Source: Sminthopsis crassicaudata (Eukaryota). From it: a DNA stretch of 64,000 nucleotides. The stretch lies in NCBI RefSeq assembly GCF_048593235.1, contig NC_133621.1:229297238-229361237 (forward strand). The letters are read 5' to 3'. Below the pieces are notes generated by a model. The model worked only from the letters and a program-made list of their open reading frames with translations, did no database searches and was not told the origin of the DNA. Each line of letters begins with the position of its first letter. Position 1 is the stretch's first letter. This document shows positions 23,052 through 34,360 of this stretch, one piece after another. The translations under genes were made by a program, and so were the position numbers.

Positions 23052-25292
23052 NNNNNNNNNNNNNNNNNNNNNNNNNNNNNNNNNNNNNNNNNNNNNNNNN
23101 NNNNNNNNNNNNNNNNNNNNNNNNNNNNNNNNNNNNNNNNNNNNNNNNNNNNNNNNNNNNNNNNNNNNNNNNNNNNNNNNNNNNNNNNNNNNNNNNNNNN
23201 NNNNNNNNNNNNNNNNNNNNNNNNNNNNNNNNNNNNNNNNNNNNNNNNNTCCTTTCNNNNNNNNNNNNNNNNNNNNNNNNNNNNNNNNNNNNNNNNNNNN
23301 NNNNNNNNNNNNNNNNNNNNNNNNNNNNNNNNNNNNNNNNNNNNNNNNNNNNNNNNNNNNNNNNNNNNNNNNNNNNNNNNNNNNNNNNNNNNNNNNNNNN
23401 NNATCTCTTTCTTTTTTTCTTCTAATGGGAGGATATAGGAAAAAGAGAAAGTAAATGCTTATTAATTGGAAACAAAAAGAAAAATTATCTTTAAAAATTA
23501 AGTAGTTGGACTCAATTACTTATAAAGTTCTTTCTGCTTTAAAGCTACATAAAAAGCCAGGTTCAAACTCAAGTCTCCTTACAGCAGACTTATGAGGTTA
23601 CCTACTCCACCCATTTTTCTTCCTCATATCCTACCATGATTCTCATAGGTGTCTACCTCTACAAAATGGCCTTAGGGGAACTGGGTGTGTTTGTGAGCCT
23701 GTGTGTACAGGCCTGTGTTCTTCTAAGACCCCAGCACTTTACAAAACATCTGATCCAGGAGACTAACAAAGGAACTGAGTTGGGGGAGGTGTAGTCTAAG
23801 CAACCCGAGCCAGGGACAGGCTGTCTTTAGAGCTCATGTCACCTGCATCTAGTAAAAGGGCTTTTTACTTGCCTGGTGTCAATATAAACTGCTTGGGATC
23901 TGTGTTGGTCTCCATTTGCAACCCAAGCCCCCACCCCCATCCCCCTTCACTCTAAGGGTTGCTTAAGCTTCTGCAGTCATCATGTAGAAGTCGTTTGTGT
24001 TTCTGGAAACACACACAAGCATGCACATAAGCCCTTAAATTCTTGTTGGAATAGCTCCAGTGATTTATTTATGAAATTCCCGGGGGGAGGTAGAGACAGA
24101 AGTCTGGACTTTGCAGACAAAGTACTGCGTTGTAATCTCATCGTGATTGCCATCATTTCAAGCAGGCATTTATTGAGTGCCCACAGTGTGCATGGTGCAG
24201 GAGCCAGGGGACCTAGAGGTCCCAGGTCCTCCCAATGGAGGAGGAATGGGATCACAGAGGAAAGGGAATAGGGACACAGTGGAGTGATGATTTATCAGAG
24301 AAGCTGAGGCTCAAATCCAGACTCTGCTACTTAATACATATATAATGACCTTGGGAAAAAGCATTCTATTTCTTTGGGTGAAGATTGGGGTGAAGAAACC
24401 CCAGATATGACAGGTTTGAAGTAGGTGATATCTACATTTCCTTCCTAGTCTAACATTCTATAACTTGGTCTCTATGTTCTTGAAGGTTATAATCAAAAGC
24501 ATAGGTGGGAGACAAGATCATTTGCTGGTTATTTCTTCCCAGCCTATTACCTCTCCCACCAACCCCACTCCCCAGCTCCTACCTTCTTGCCACACGTTCC
24601 CTATTCTACTGACCCACGATTTCTTTTAGGTACATGTTCTCCTGTTCTCACTTACTTTTGGGAATCTTTGTATGGGGGAATTTGGTGTTCCTTATGAAAA
24701 GGTCCCAGGTTAATTATTTTAGGACTGAAAAAGTATCAGATGAAAAAAGATCGGTGAAATTGAATTTTAAATCACCTAACAGAAAGAAACATGGCTTGTG
24801 CTAATTTAGGCCAGGATGGATGATAACAGTAGGCTGGCTGGAAGAGACTGAAACATTTAGTCCACTGAGATCATATTCCATGTTAAAGAGCTTAGAAAAG
24901 TCCTTCCCCAAAATAAAGAAGTTGTATGGGGCTTTTTGGTCCTAACTGGTAGGCTAAAGGTAGCACAGATGGTCTATCTGCTTCTTGGGCCACCATTGCC
25001 CTAGCCTACCATTTTGGAGAGTCAACAGAATGCCAATCTCATCATTATTACTTTGGGAAAGAGGCCTGAGTGCTCCCTAGAGTTGTCTCCTGGCAACTGC
25101 TCTCCTACAGGGTGTCTGTGAGGAGTGTGTAGGTGGGGTGTGCATGCTTGTAGGTCTGTGCTCTTTGCCAATAATTCTCTCTTTAAAAAAAAAAAATCCA
25201 ATTCAACAAGCATTTATCAAGTGCCAATTATGTGCAGGGCATTGATCTAGGCTCTGAAGATATAATGATATTACCCAGGCCACCCTCATGTC

Positions 25293-25442
25293 TTTTTTTT
25301 TTTTTTCCTAAGGCAATTGGGGTTAAATGACTTGCCCAGGGTCACACAGCTAGGAAGTGTTAAGTGTCTGAGAGCAGATTTGAACTCCGGTCCTCCTGAA
25401 TTCAAGGCTGGTGCTCTATCCACTTCACCACCTAGCTGCCCC
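25293..25442 (-). mobile_element. WSINE1-type SINE
   Basis: Full head, core and T run on the plus strand. No TSD seen. Confidence 0.93.
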
Positions 25443-26305
25443 GAAAAGAAAATCAATGTAGCGTCTCACAACTAATTAAATTAACTAGAAAATAAACTTG
25501 GGAAGGACAAAAAGTACTATGTCTAGTAAAGACATCAAGGTACTACAATGCCGGCTCATCCCAGAACCTAGTTCCTGAGGGAGAATGTCTAAGAAAGTAG
25601 ACTAAAAAAATTCCCCTAGAGTTTCCAGTGACTCAGGTCTCCCTCCCTTACCTCTGAGTAAGAAGTACAGGATATCCATTAGATATACTTTCTTTTCTGG
25701 GGGCCTTAGACTAGTGAGTTGCAATAGTGAGCAACCTCTGGCCCAGCTCTCCCTAGCAAGGAGGATGATTGTGTGAGTAGACATAAAGATGAGTCTACCC
25801 AGGGCAGGCATAAGATGGGCATAACTGGGAGAGTGGCCTCTGCTATATAGCTTGTGGGAGAACTTGATTATCTGGGCAAAGGAAAAGTCCATGATAGAGA
25901 CATTAACCCAAGGAAAGGAGAAACTTGTCAGAAGCTTTGCTTCCTTGAACCTCTTCCTCTCTTATAGCTGGACAGATAGAACTTTTCATAAGCCCCATTA
26001 CTTTGGTTCATATGCATCTACTGGGCTTAGCCTTGTTTCCCCTCCTACTTCTACAGCTCCTCCCTGCTCCACCCCATTCCTGACCCCACTCATGTCCTCT
26101 GTTCTGGCTTTGGCTTGGGGCCAAGTTCTCCTGACAGTAAAAGCTCTATTTCTCCCTGCTGGCCCTTCCCAGGCACAGTGTTGTCATGGGAAACCATGGG
26201 GGCCACCTGAGAGGGGGGCTGGATTAGAGCCAGACAGACTCAACCCACCCACCCCTTTAGGCAACTCCCTTCCCCCATCCCACATAATGAGTCCCCTGAC
26301 AGCAG

Positions 26306-26307
<2 letters not shown>

Positions 26308-26350
<43 letters not shown>
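26308..26350. repeat. (CA)n microsatellite, ~21 units
   Basis: Read directly. Confidence 0.97.
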
Positions 26351-26352
<2 letters not shown>

Positions 26353-27104
26353 ACTGGTCTAAGGAAGAAGGGGGAAAAGAGATTAGAGGAATGTTTTCTG
26401 CCTCCCCTGTATACTTGTCCTCTGGCCTTCAATTTGCTCCTTGCTTAAATAAGCTGAAATGCTGGGCTTGTCCTAGGGCCACTTCTCTGCCCAATCCTGA
26501 CTGAATCAATGAAGCTTCTTGCTTATAATCCAAGACATCCTTTCTGCCTTCTGTTTCTCTATTTTCAGAAAACAGGGAATGGTACTAAATGCTGTCATAT
26601 CCCTGTGGTTTTGGGAGCAGAGAGGAAAGGGGAAGCTAATATGGAAGAGGGATTAGGGAAAGGTTAAGGCTGGTTCCCACAGTTCATATGGAGACATTTC
26701 ATTGATTTCTCTCCTGAGGGATGGGGAGGCAAATTAAGTTATCTTCTTTCCCCTAAAAGAAAGAAAATTCTATCCCATTTACTTTTCTCTATTCATTCAA
26801 GGAAAAATTATTAAGTGTCAGCACTATGGCAAGCATACTGGGAGCTACAAAGCAAGTTGTGGCTGCCATCTTTCCTTTCTCCTCCCCACCCCATCCCCAA
26901 TACATATATCTATGAATATTTATGACTTAGATAGCAAAAACAACTAGAGAACTATTCCAAATCCACTTGGAAGAAACAGTGATAGGTCATATTTTGATAT
27001 TACTTTAATGTTTGATAATTTCGGGAGATGGATTGACAGAGTTTTCAATACCTACTTAATGAATGAGGAAATGAGATAGTATGGAATCCTGAATGGAGAC
27101 AGTA

Positions 27105-27330
27105 CAGCTGGGTGAATTTAGGCAATATGACTGGCCTTACTGCCAAGTCAAGACATTAAATCCTTCTTCTGATACATGATAGCTTCATAACCATGGAAAA
27201 GTCACTTACCCACTCAATGCCCTAGGCATCTCTCTAATACTATAAATTAAAGAGGAATTGATGTGCTTCATTAGTTGAGATTGTTTCCCAATCGGGAATT
27301 CCCCACTATAATGAAATCATAGGGTGGTGA
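27105..27330 (+). mobile_element. Old marsupial CORE-SINE (Mar3-like); a related copy lies on the minus strand at ~50940-51110
   Basis: Core aagtcacttacc plus tail gggaattccccactataatgaaatcataggg. Confidence 0.55.
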
Positions 27331-27787
27331 AGCTAAGGTTCAGAGATAAATGACATGGCTAGGGTTAATAGATTTATAATTAATATAATAAATTGATAAT
27401 TTATCATGGTTAATAGGTGACAAATTTGAACCCAGGTAAATTGATTTTAAATCTAGTGCTCTTGCCTCTGAAAGATACCTTCATAAGTCCTGGGTTAAAA
27501 AGTTCCTTTGGGATGTGAATTCATCACTATCACTAAGAACAACAATAATAACAAACATTCATTAAAAACTTATGGCTCCCCATGCATAGTTAAACTTTCT
27601 TGGAAGAAGTGGGCCTTAGAGGAAATGCAGGATTTGGGTTGACAAAGAGAGGAAAGGCATTATAGACAAAGAAATAGTATAAATAAATATTGAAATGAGC
27701 AAGATCTGTATAGGGTAGCCAGAATGATCATAGAGGGGAAAAGAAGAAACAATGAGAGGCAGGACATACTAAAAGTAGTAAAAGAAT

Positions 27788-27924
27788 GGGGGCAGCTAGG
27801 CGGCACAGTGGATAGAGCAATCAGGAGGACCGGAGTTCAAATCTGGTCTCAGACACTTACACTTCCTAGCTGTGTGACCCTGGGCAAGTCACTTAACCCC
27901 AGGCTCAAAAAAAAAAAAAAAAAA
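27788..27924 (+). mobile_element. WSINE1-type SINE
   Basis: Head, B box, core and A18 tail; TSD-like gt(a/g)aaagaatgg; ~11-nt internal deletion. Confidence 0.92.
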
Positions 27925-29791
27925 GTAAAGTGAAAGAATGGAAAAAATGAACAGTGGAAAGGACTGTGAAAGGTCTAGATGCTGGAAGGAATAGTGAAAT
28001 TAAGGGAGGGTTTAAGAAGAGTAGAGTAATTAGAGAAGTGTATCTTTAAATGTAGAACATGAGGAGACAAATGTGTGTGTTGTAGTCAGTCAGTCTGTTG
28101 ATAGACATTTATTAAGCACCTTCTATGCACCAGGCACTGTGCCACATGGATTGTCAGATGTTTAGGAGAGAGAAACAGTGATGAGTATAGCCATAGAGAG
28201 GGCCTGACCTAGAGATGGGGTGGACAAGGGGTGAAAGGGAAATGAGTGAAGGATTCAACCCTTGAAGGTTAGACTTCCCTGAATCTGCCAGTGTTCTGGA
28301 ACATTAGCTCCTCTACTTGGAAGTCATTCAGGGAACCTTTGCCTTTGACCTTAGGACTTTCACTTTTTTAAAAAAACAAAAACCCTTTCACCTAAAAAAA
28401 AGATTTTTTAAAATATTTTTTATGTCTCCATTCCTTTCCCTTCACTATATCCTTCTCACAGGTGTTCTCAGTGAATCAGCTCTTATAATAAAGAATTTAA
28501 AAAGAAAAAAAAGAGAAAGGAGAAAAAAAATTTAGCAAAACTGATCAAAACATTGAAAAAAAACTATTACAGACAGTTCTTGCTTTATATAAATTCATAT
28601 TACACAAATTCAACTATATGTAAAGAATTCTGAAAAGTAATATTGCTTGCTATTGTTAGATATATGAGGAAAAAAGGAGAGACACTATCTAAATATCTTT
28701 GGATAGCTTCATTAAAAAAAAAAAAAAAAGCCAACCACCCATAATAAAAGCTGGGTAATTTGAGTGGGGAAAGGGCAACACAGTATATACATCTATGTTA
28801 CCTTTGCTGTATAGTACTGCACATACTTTAATATTAACTTTCCATTTCATTTCATAATGCTGTTTATCAGGTACAGTATTTTATGTCTCATATTTTAGTG
28901 CATTTTATGACTTGCATAAAGGTATTATTTTGTGTATATTTTGTTATATAGGCTAAGTGAGTGGGTAGAGGCAAATCCTCATTATGTAAAAACCACTTGA
29001 CATAAAGGTCTATAGAATGGTTTATTATATAAAGTAAGAATTACCTTCAGATGTAATACTCTATACCCAGAGGAGTCCTCCCCCCACCCCCCACCTTATC
29101 CAACTCTACAAAGAAGTGGGGAAAGGTAGATGTTTTCTCATGTTTCTTCTTTGTAATCAACCTTGACCTTTAACATTTTGTAACATTCACTTAGATTGTG
29201 ATGATTCTTTCCATTTACATCATTACAGTCATTTCCTGTATTGTTTTCCTGGCTCATCTTATTTCACTTTGCATTCATTCATGTAAGCAATTCCATGTTT
29301 CTCTGAATTTATCTTGTTCATTTTTTCCCCTTATATCACCATTTTATTCCATTGTGCCTGTGGACCACAACTGAGTTAGCCATTCTCCATTCCATGTGAG
29401 CATCTACTTTGTTTCCAGTTCTTTGATACAATTTTTTAAAAAGTCACTATAAATATTTTGTTACATATGCAATCTCTTTTTTGTCAATGGCTTCCTTAGA
29501 TTTAGAGCTAGGAAAGACCTTAGAGGATCCTGGTGAAGAAACTGAGGCTGAGAGGAGTTAAGTAAAACTTGACCAGGTTATATTTGGCACAAAAGGAATG
29601 TTCACTTTAGCCACTTTATATGTATAATTCTATATTGCTTTCCAGAAAGTCCCTTTGGCTCAGGAACTTTCACCCTCTATTACTTTCTAAATGTTCCAGG
29701 ATCACTGAACCTTAGGCAGCACACTCCCTCATTTCTAAGTCCAGTTGGGTTGTTACCAGTGCCAAGAAATCAAATCTATACCATCTCTTGG

Positions 29792-29825
<34 letters not shown>

Positions 29826-30889
29826 ATCGATAGCAGTCCAAAAATCCTCCTGTTCCCAGGTCACTTCTACTCCTAAGAATTCTAGGGGTCAGTTCTGGTT
29901 CAATCTCCTAAAATCCCTAGTATGCCCAGAATTCGATTTTGGCCACCTTTGGATAACTCTGTCTCTAAACAATGAAAGCCTCATGACCATGACCATTGTC
30001 ATGACATTGCTTCAAGACTAGGGCTGCCTCGGGGCCAGCTAAGACCCCCTTCCATAAGAGGAGATTCCAGAACCAGTCTTCTTGCTACTAGGGACCTGGG
30101 TTTGGTGACAAATAAAGATACCATTGTCCTGATTTTAAAGGGAAAGTTTGGTAGTAGAAAACAGACTATGTTTGGAATTGGAGGGGCTAGTTTGAATCTT
30201 GCCTCTTATTACACGGTCTCTGTGTGACATTGGACCAGTCTCTTTATCAAGCTGATTTTCAGGTTCTTCATTTGTACTAATGAGGAAATTGGATTAGATG
30301 GTCTCCAAGAGTTCTCACCCTCAATACTACAATCCTAATTAGGCTTTGTCATATACCCAACTTCCTTTTTCTTCCTTCTATTGGGAAGGAGATTATAATT
30401 TGTAAATTTTGAGGATCACCTCTGAGTCTGATTGAATTATCCCTGCCCTTATCATCTTTCACAGTGGTCCTTCCTCCACATGGCCTTTCTTGTTCAGGGG
30501 CACACAGCTAATAAGTGTCTGAAGTTAGATTTGAACTCAGATCTTCCTGCCTTTTATCCACTATACCACCTACCTACCCTTGCAACACCTAATTTCCCAG
30601 TCTGTATCCAGGGAGGTTAAATTACATAGATTTACTCATGGATCATTCACGCCATTCAAGGCGTTGGCTCTGTGTGACATTGGACAAGTAACTTTGCCTC
30701 TGTCTACCTCTGTTTCCTCAACTTTAAACCTCACAGAACTGTTTTGAGGATCAAATGAGAAAATATACATAAAGTGCACAGTACTAGAATATAGTAAGTA
30801 TTTAATAAATGCTAGTTTCCTTTTTTCCATCTTATTCAACAAACATTTATTAGGCACCCATTGCTATGAAATATCCAGTTCTAGCTACA

Positions 30890-30891
<2 letters not shown>

Positions 30892-30959
<68 letters not shown>
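30892..30959. repeat. (AT)n microsatellite, ~34 units
   Basis: Read directly. Confidence 0.97.
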
Positions 30960-30962
<3 letters not shown>

Positions 30963-32379
30963 AAGCAAAAACAGTTCCTGCCTTCAAGGATTAAATTGAA
31001 AGAATATAATACATACCCAGAAAAGTGAATTCAAAAATATTTGGAAAATGAGGCAAAGTCATTTCAGGAAAGGAACACTAACAACTGGTGGAGGAGGAGG
31101 GGAGGGGAATCAGGTACACCTCAAGCTGTGTTTTGAAGAAAATTGGGGATTCTAAGAGGAGGAACTATGTTCCAGTCATGGGGAATGAATTATACAAAGA
31201 CAAGGAGTTGGAAAACAGAATGCTATGTGTATGGAACCACAAATATGTCAATTAAACAGGAACAGAGTAAGTATTAAGAACTACAACATAAGTTTTAAAT
31301 TCCAGTCTGAAGATTTTTAAATTTCATTTTAGAAGCAATTGGGAGCCACTGAAGATTTTTGAGGAAAGGAGTGGCAAAGCCCACTATAGGAATATCATTT
31401 TGCCAGCTACAGGAAGATGAATTGGAAAGAAGTGAGACTGGAATCACTAAAATGTGATGAAACACCAAACACTTCCTATTCAAATCAGGAGATTTCCTGA
31501 TTACCTTAAAATGGACTTGGGGTGATAGAATGGGAAAATGAGCTTGATCCAGCAAGCTCATTTGGAATACAAAATGTATCTGAGGGGGTTGCTATACTAT
31601 GGAGGAAGTCACAAGGGACATACCAGCAGCATGTTCAGATTCTAGATAACCTTCAGTCTAAAACTGAGAGATTTTAGTTAAAAATTTAAGCATCATTGTA
31701 TGTTTGTGTGAGTTGGTGGATGGGGGTGGTTGTTTGGTTTTAGTAAGAAAATGTCTGTTGTGTCCAAACAAAATGTACCATCCTTTCTCCCTGAAATAAT
31801 AAATGAAAAAAGTGAATCAATAACAAAATAAAGACAAGTGTGAGACTGAAGTGAGAAAAAGTCTTTAAATTAGCAGTCATGGATCTGGATTTGAAATCTG
31901 TTTCAATCAGTTGTTCCTATGTGACCTTACACATGTCTCCTTTTTCTCATCTGGAAAAGGAAGGATTTAACTGTAATACTGTTATTGCATTTATAATAAT
32001 ACCTGATATATACAAATATGTATGTGGGTACTTATAGATACACAAAGGTATATGATCATAAACATCTATATTGTATGATTACATGATACATGTAAAGGTA
32101 TAGATATGTCTGTGCACACATATATATATTTTTTTCATATATCTTTATACATATATATACATGCCTGTATATCCATTATAATTAATATAATGACATTATT
32201 ACATCTAAACCTCTCCTTTTAGAGATAAGGAGAATGAGATCCAAGAGAAATGGCATGATTTTTCTTAAGGTGACTTGCCTAAGTCACTGTGTACATATGT
32301 GTCTATACATACATGCATGCATATATACATATACAAATACAATATAATAATATATTTACATGTGCATATATATGTATTT

Positions 32380-32605
32380 GTTTTTATGTTGTTCAGTCAT
32401 TTTTCAGTTGTGTCTAACTCTTTATTATCCCATCTGGGGTTTTCTTGGCAAAGATAGTGCAGTGGTTTGCCATTTTCTTCTCCAGCACATTTTACAGATG
32501 AAGAAACCGAGGCAAACAGAGTTAAGTGATATGCCCAGAGTCACATAGCTAGTAAGCGTTTGAGGTTAGAGCCTAGCATTCTATCCACTGTGCCACCTAG
32601 CTGCC
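32380..32605 (-). mobile_element. MAR1-type SINE
   Basis: tggggttttcttggcaaagatagtgcagtggtttgccattttcttctccagc, core, and reverse head ccacctagctgcc. Confidence 0.88.
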
Positions 32606-32866
32606 TGTTTGTGTATATAACTATGTATACACACATATGTGTATATAAATGCACATATACATATGCACTTATACACACACACACACACACACATACATAC
32701 ACCACATTTTTTATCTCATCTGAGCTTCATAGCCAACTCTATGGGTATAGATAGGTACTGCAGGTATTAGTATACTAATTTTATTGGTGAAGAAAATAGA
32801 ACATTGTTTCTAAAGTTTATAAACAAACCCTAGAAAATGCAGCTTTGTTTGCTGGAGCGTGTAGAG

Positions 32867-33041
32867 CAGTGGTCCTCAAACTTTTTAAATATGGGGCGAG
32901 TTCACTGTCCCTCAGTGGAGGGCCGGACTATAGTAAAAACAAAACCTCACACTCTGTCTTTGCCCCTCAGCCCATTTGCCATAACTCTGCGGCTGCATAA
33001 ACGTCCTCAGTGGCCTACGGGCCATAGTTTGAGGACCCCTG
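32867..33041 (+). mobile_element. Non-autonomous hAT MITE, OC1 (OposCharlie1)-like
   Basis: 16-bp TIRs CAGTGGTCCTCAAACT / AGTTTGAGGACCCCTG (1 mismatch). 8-bp TSD gtgtagag, seen on the right as gt(t)gtagag, fitting the hAT nTnTAGAn preference. Internal gggccggactatagtaaaaacaaaa matches the recalled OC1 MITE. Confidence 0.85.
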
Positions 33042-34019
33042 GTTGTAGAGATATGGAGAAGATAGGAGAAGAGAAAAAAATAGATATTGGGAACTAGACA
33101 CTGAGTGAGATATAATTGTCATGGCAGGACAAGAAGATGAGATAAGTTAGGAAGTTAGCTCTCTTACAATACCCAGGAGGCCAGAGGATGACAATAGAGA
33201 GACCAGGAAAGCCAAGGTCAATAGAAGTAAAATTTGTCCCAGATGTAGAGAAACAGAGGAACCAGATAGAGAGAGTCAGAAAAAAATCAATAATTATTTT
33301 AAGGCTAGGCAGCTCCATTTGGTCAACAAACAAATATTTCTTTAGCACTTAGCATGTGCACTGGGCTAAGTTCTCTGCAGGATACTAAGCAGTGCAGAGT
33401 ATAGAGGCCTTGGGATAGGTCCTGCCTTTATGAGTTATAGATCCTGCCTGGGGCTGCTGGACCCCTGAAATCTTCAGTTTTGAATGCCTGTGCCTTTTTT
33501 TGTTGTCATAGTTTCATCACAGTGGAGTGTCTATTGCTATGGAGATGAGAGACTCAAGCAGATGCTATCCCAGAATTCACCAGTTGGTAACATATTTGGA
33601 ACCTGGATTTCTGGAACTATGTGTGTATTCTGGAGGGTTTTAGAGAGGAAAAAGTGGAAGTTACAACAAACAGTCATTCTTCCCTTTATTCACCATGTAA
33701 AAAGAAAGGACCACTCTTAACTCTGGGTGCTGGCTTTTCTTTCCTTTCAGACCTCATTCCTCATACATATGCCATGGATACTGCATGCTTGGGAGCACAG
33801 AGCACCTTTCCCTATTCAAAAATCAATGAGCACATAATAGTAGGAGGTTAAAAGGAACTTAGCTAGAAGGCATCTAGGGGTATCTCTATTAAACTGATGA
33901 ATAATGCCTTTTCCCATTGTGTCTCAGTTTTCAATAGCACAAGACTGGCTGATTGTTATTCAAACACAGTTTCCCCCTGCTCACTTCTCCTTTCCTGTTT
34001 CACATATATGTATGTAATA

Positions 34020-34360
34020 TATGTTTATAGGTACATAGACAGATGGACAGACAATTAAAAGGACAGATTGAAAGACAGACAGATAAATAAAGAGATAGAT
34101 GGATAGATAGAGAGACAAAGAAAAATAGATGGACAGAGAGAAAGAGAGGGAGAGAGAGAGAAAGAGAGGGAGGGAAGGAAGAAGGGAAAGGGAGAGAAGA
34201 AGGAAGAAAGAAACAAAGGAAGGAATGAACAAACGAATGAAGAAACAAAGGAAAGTAGACAAATAAAGAGGTAAACAGATAAAAAGACTAACAGACAGAC
34301 ATAGATAGAGAGAAAGATAGATGAACAGATAAATAGATAGATAGATACATGATAGATAGA
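34020..34360 (+). repeat. Compound purine-rich simple repeat (GACA/GATA/GA/GGAA units)
   Basis: Strongly strand-asymmetric low-complexity tract. Confidence 0.9.

Noticed and set aside
12679-23438. ORFs made mostly of X residues
   Set aside because: Artefacts of translating through N gaps.
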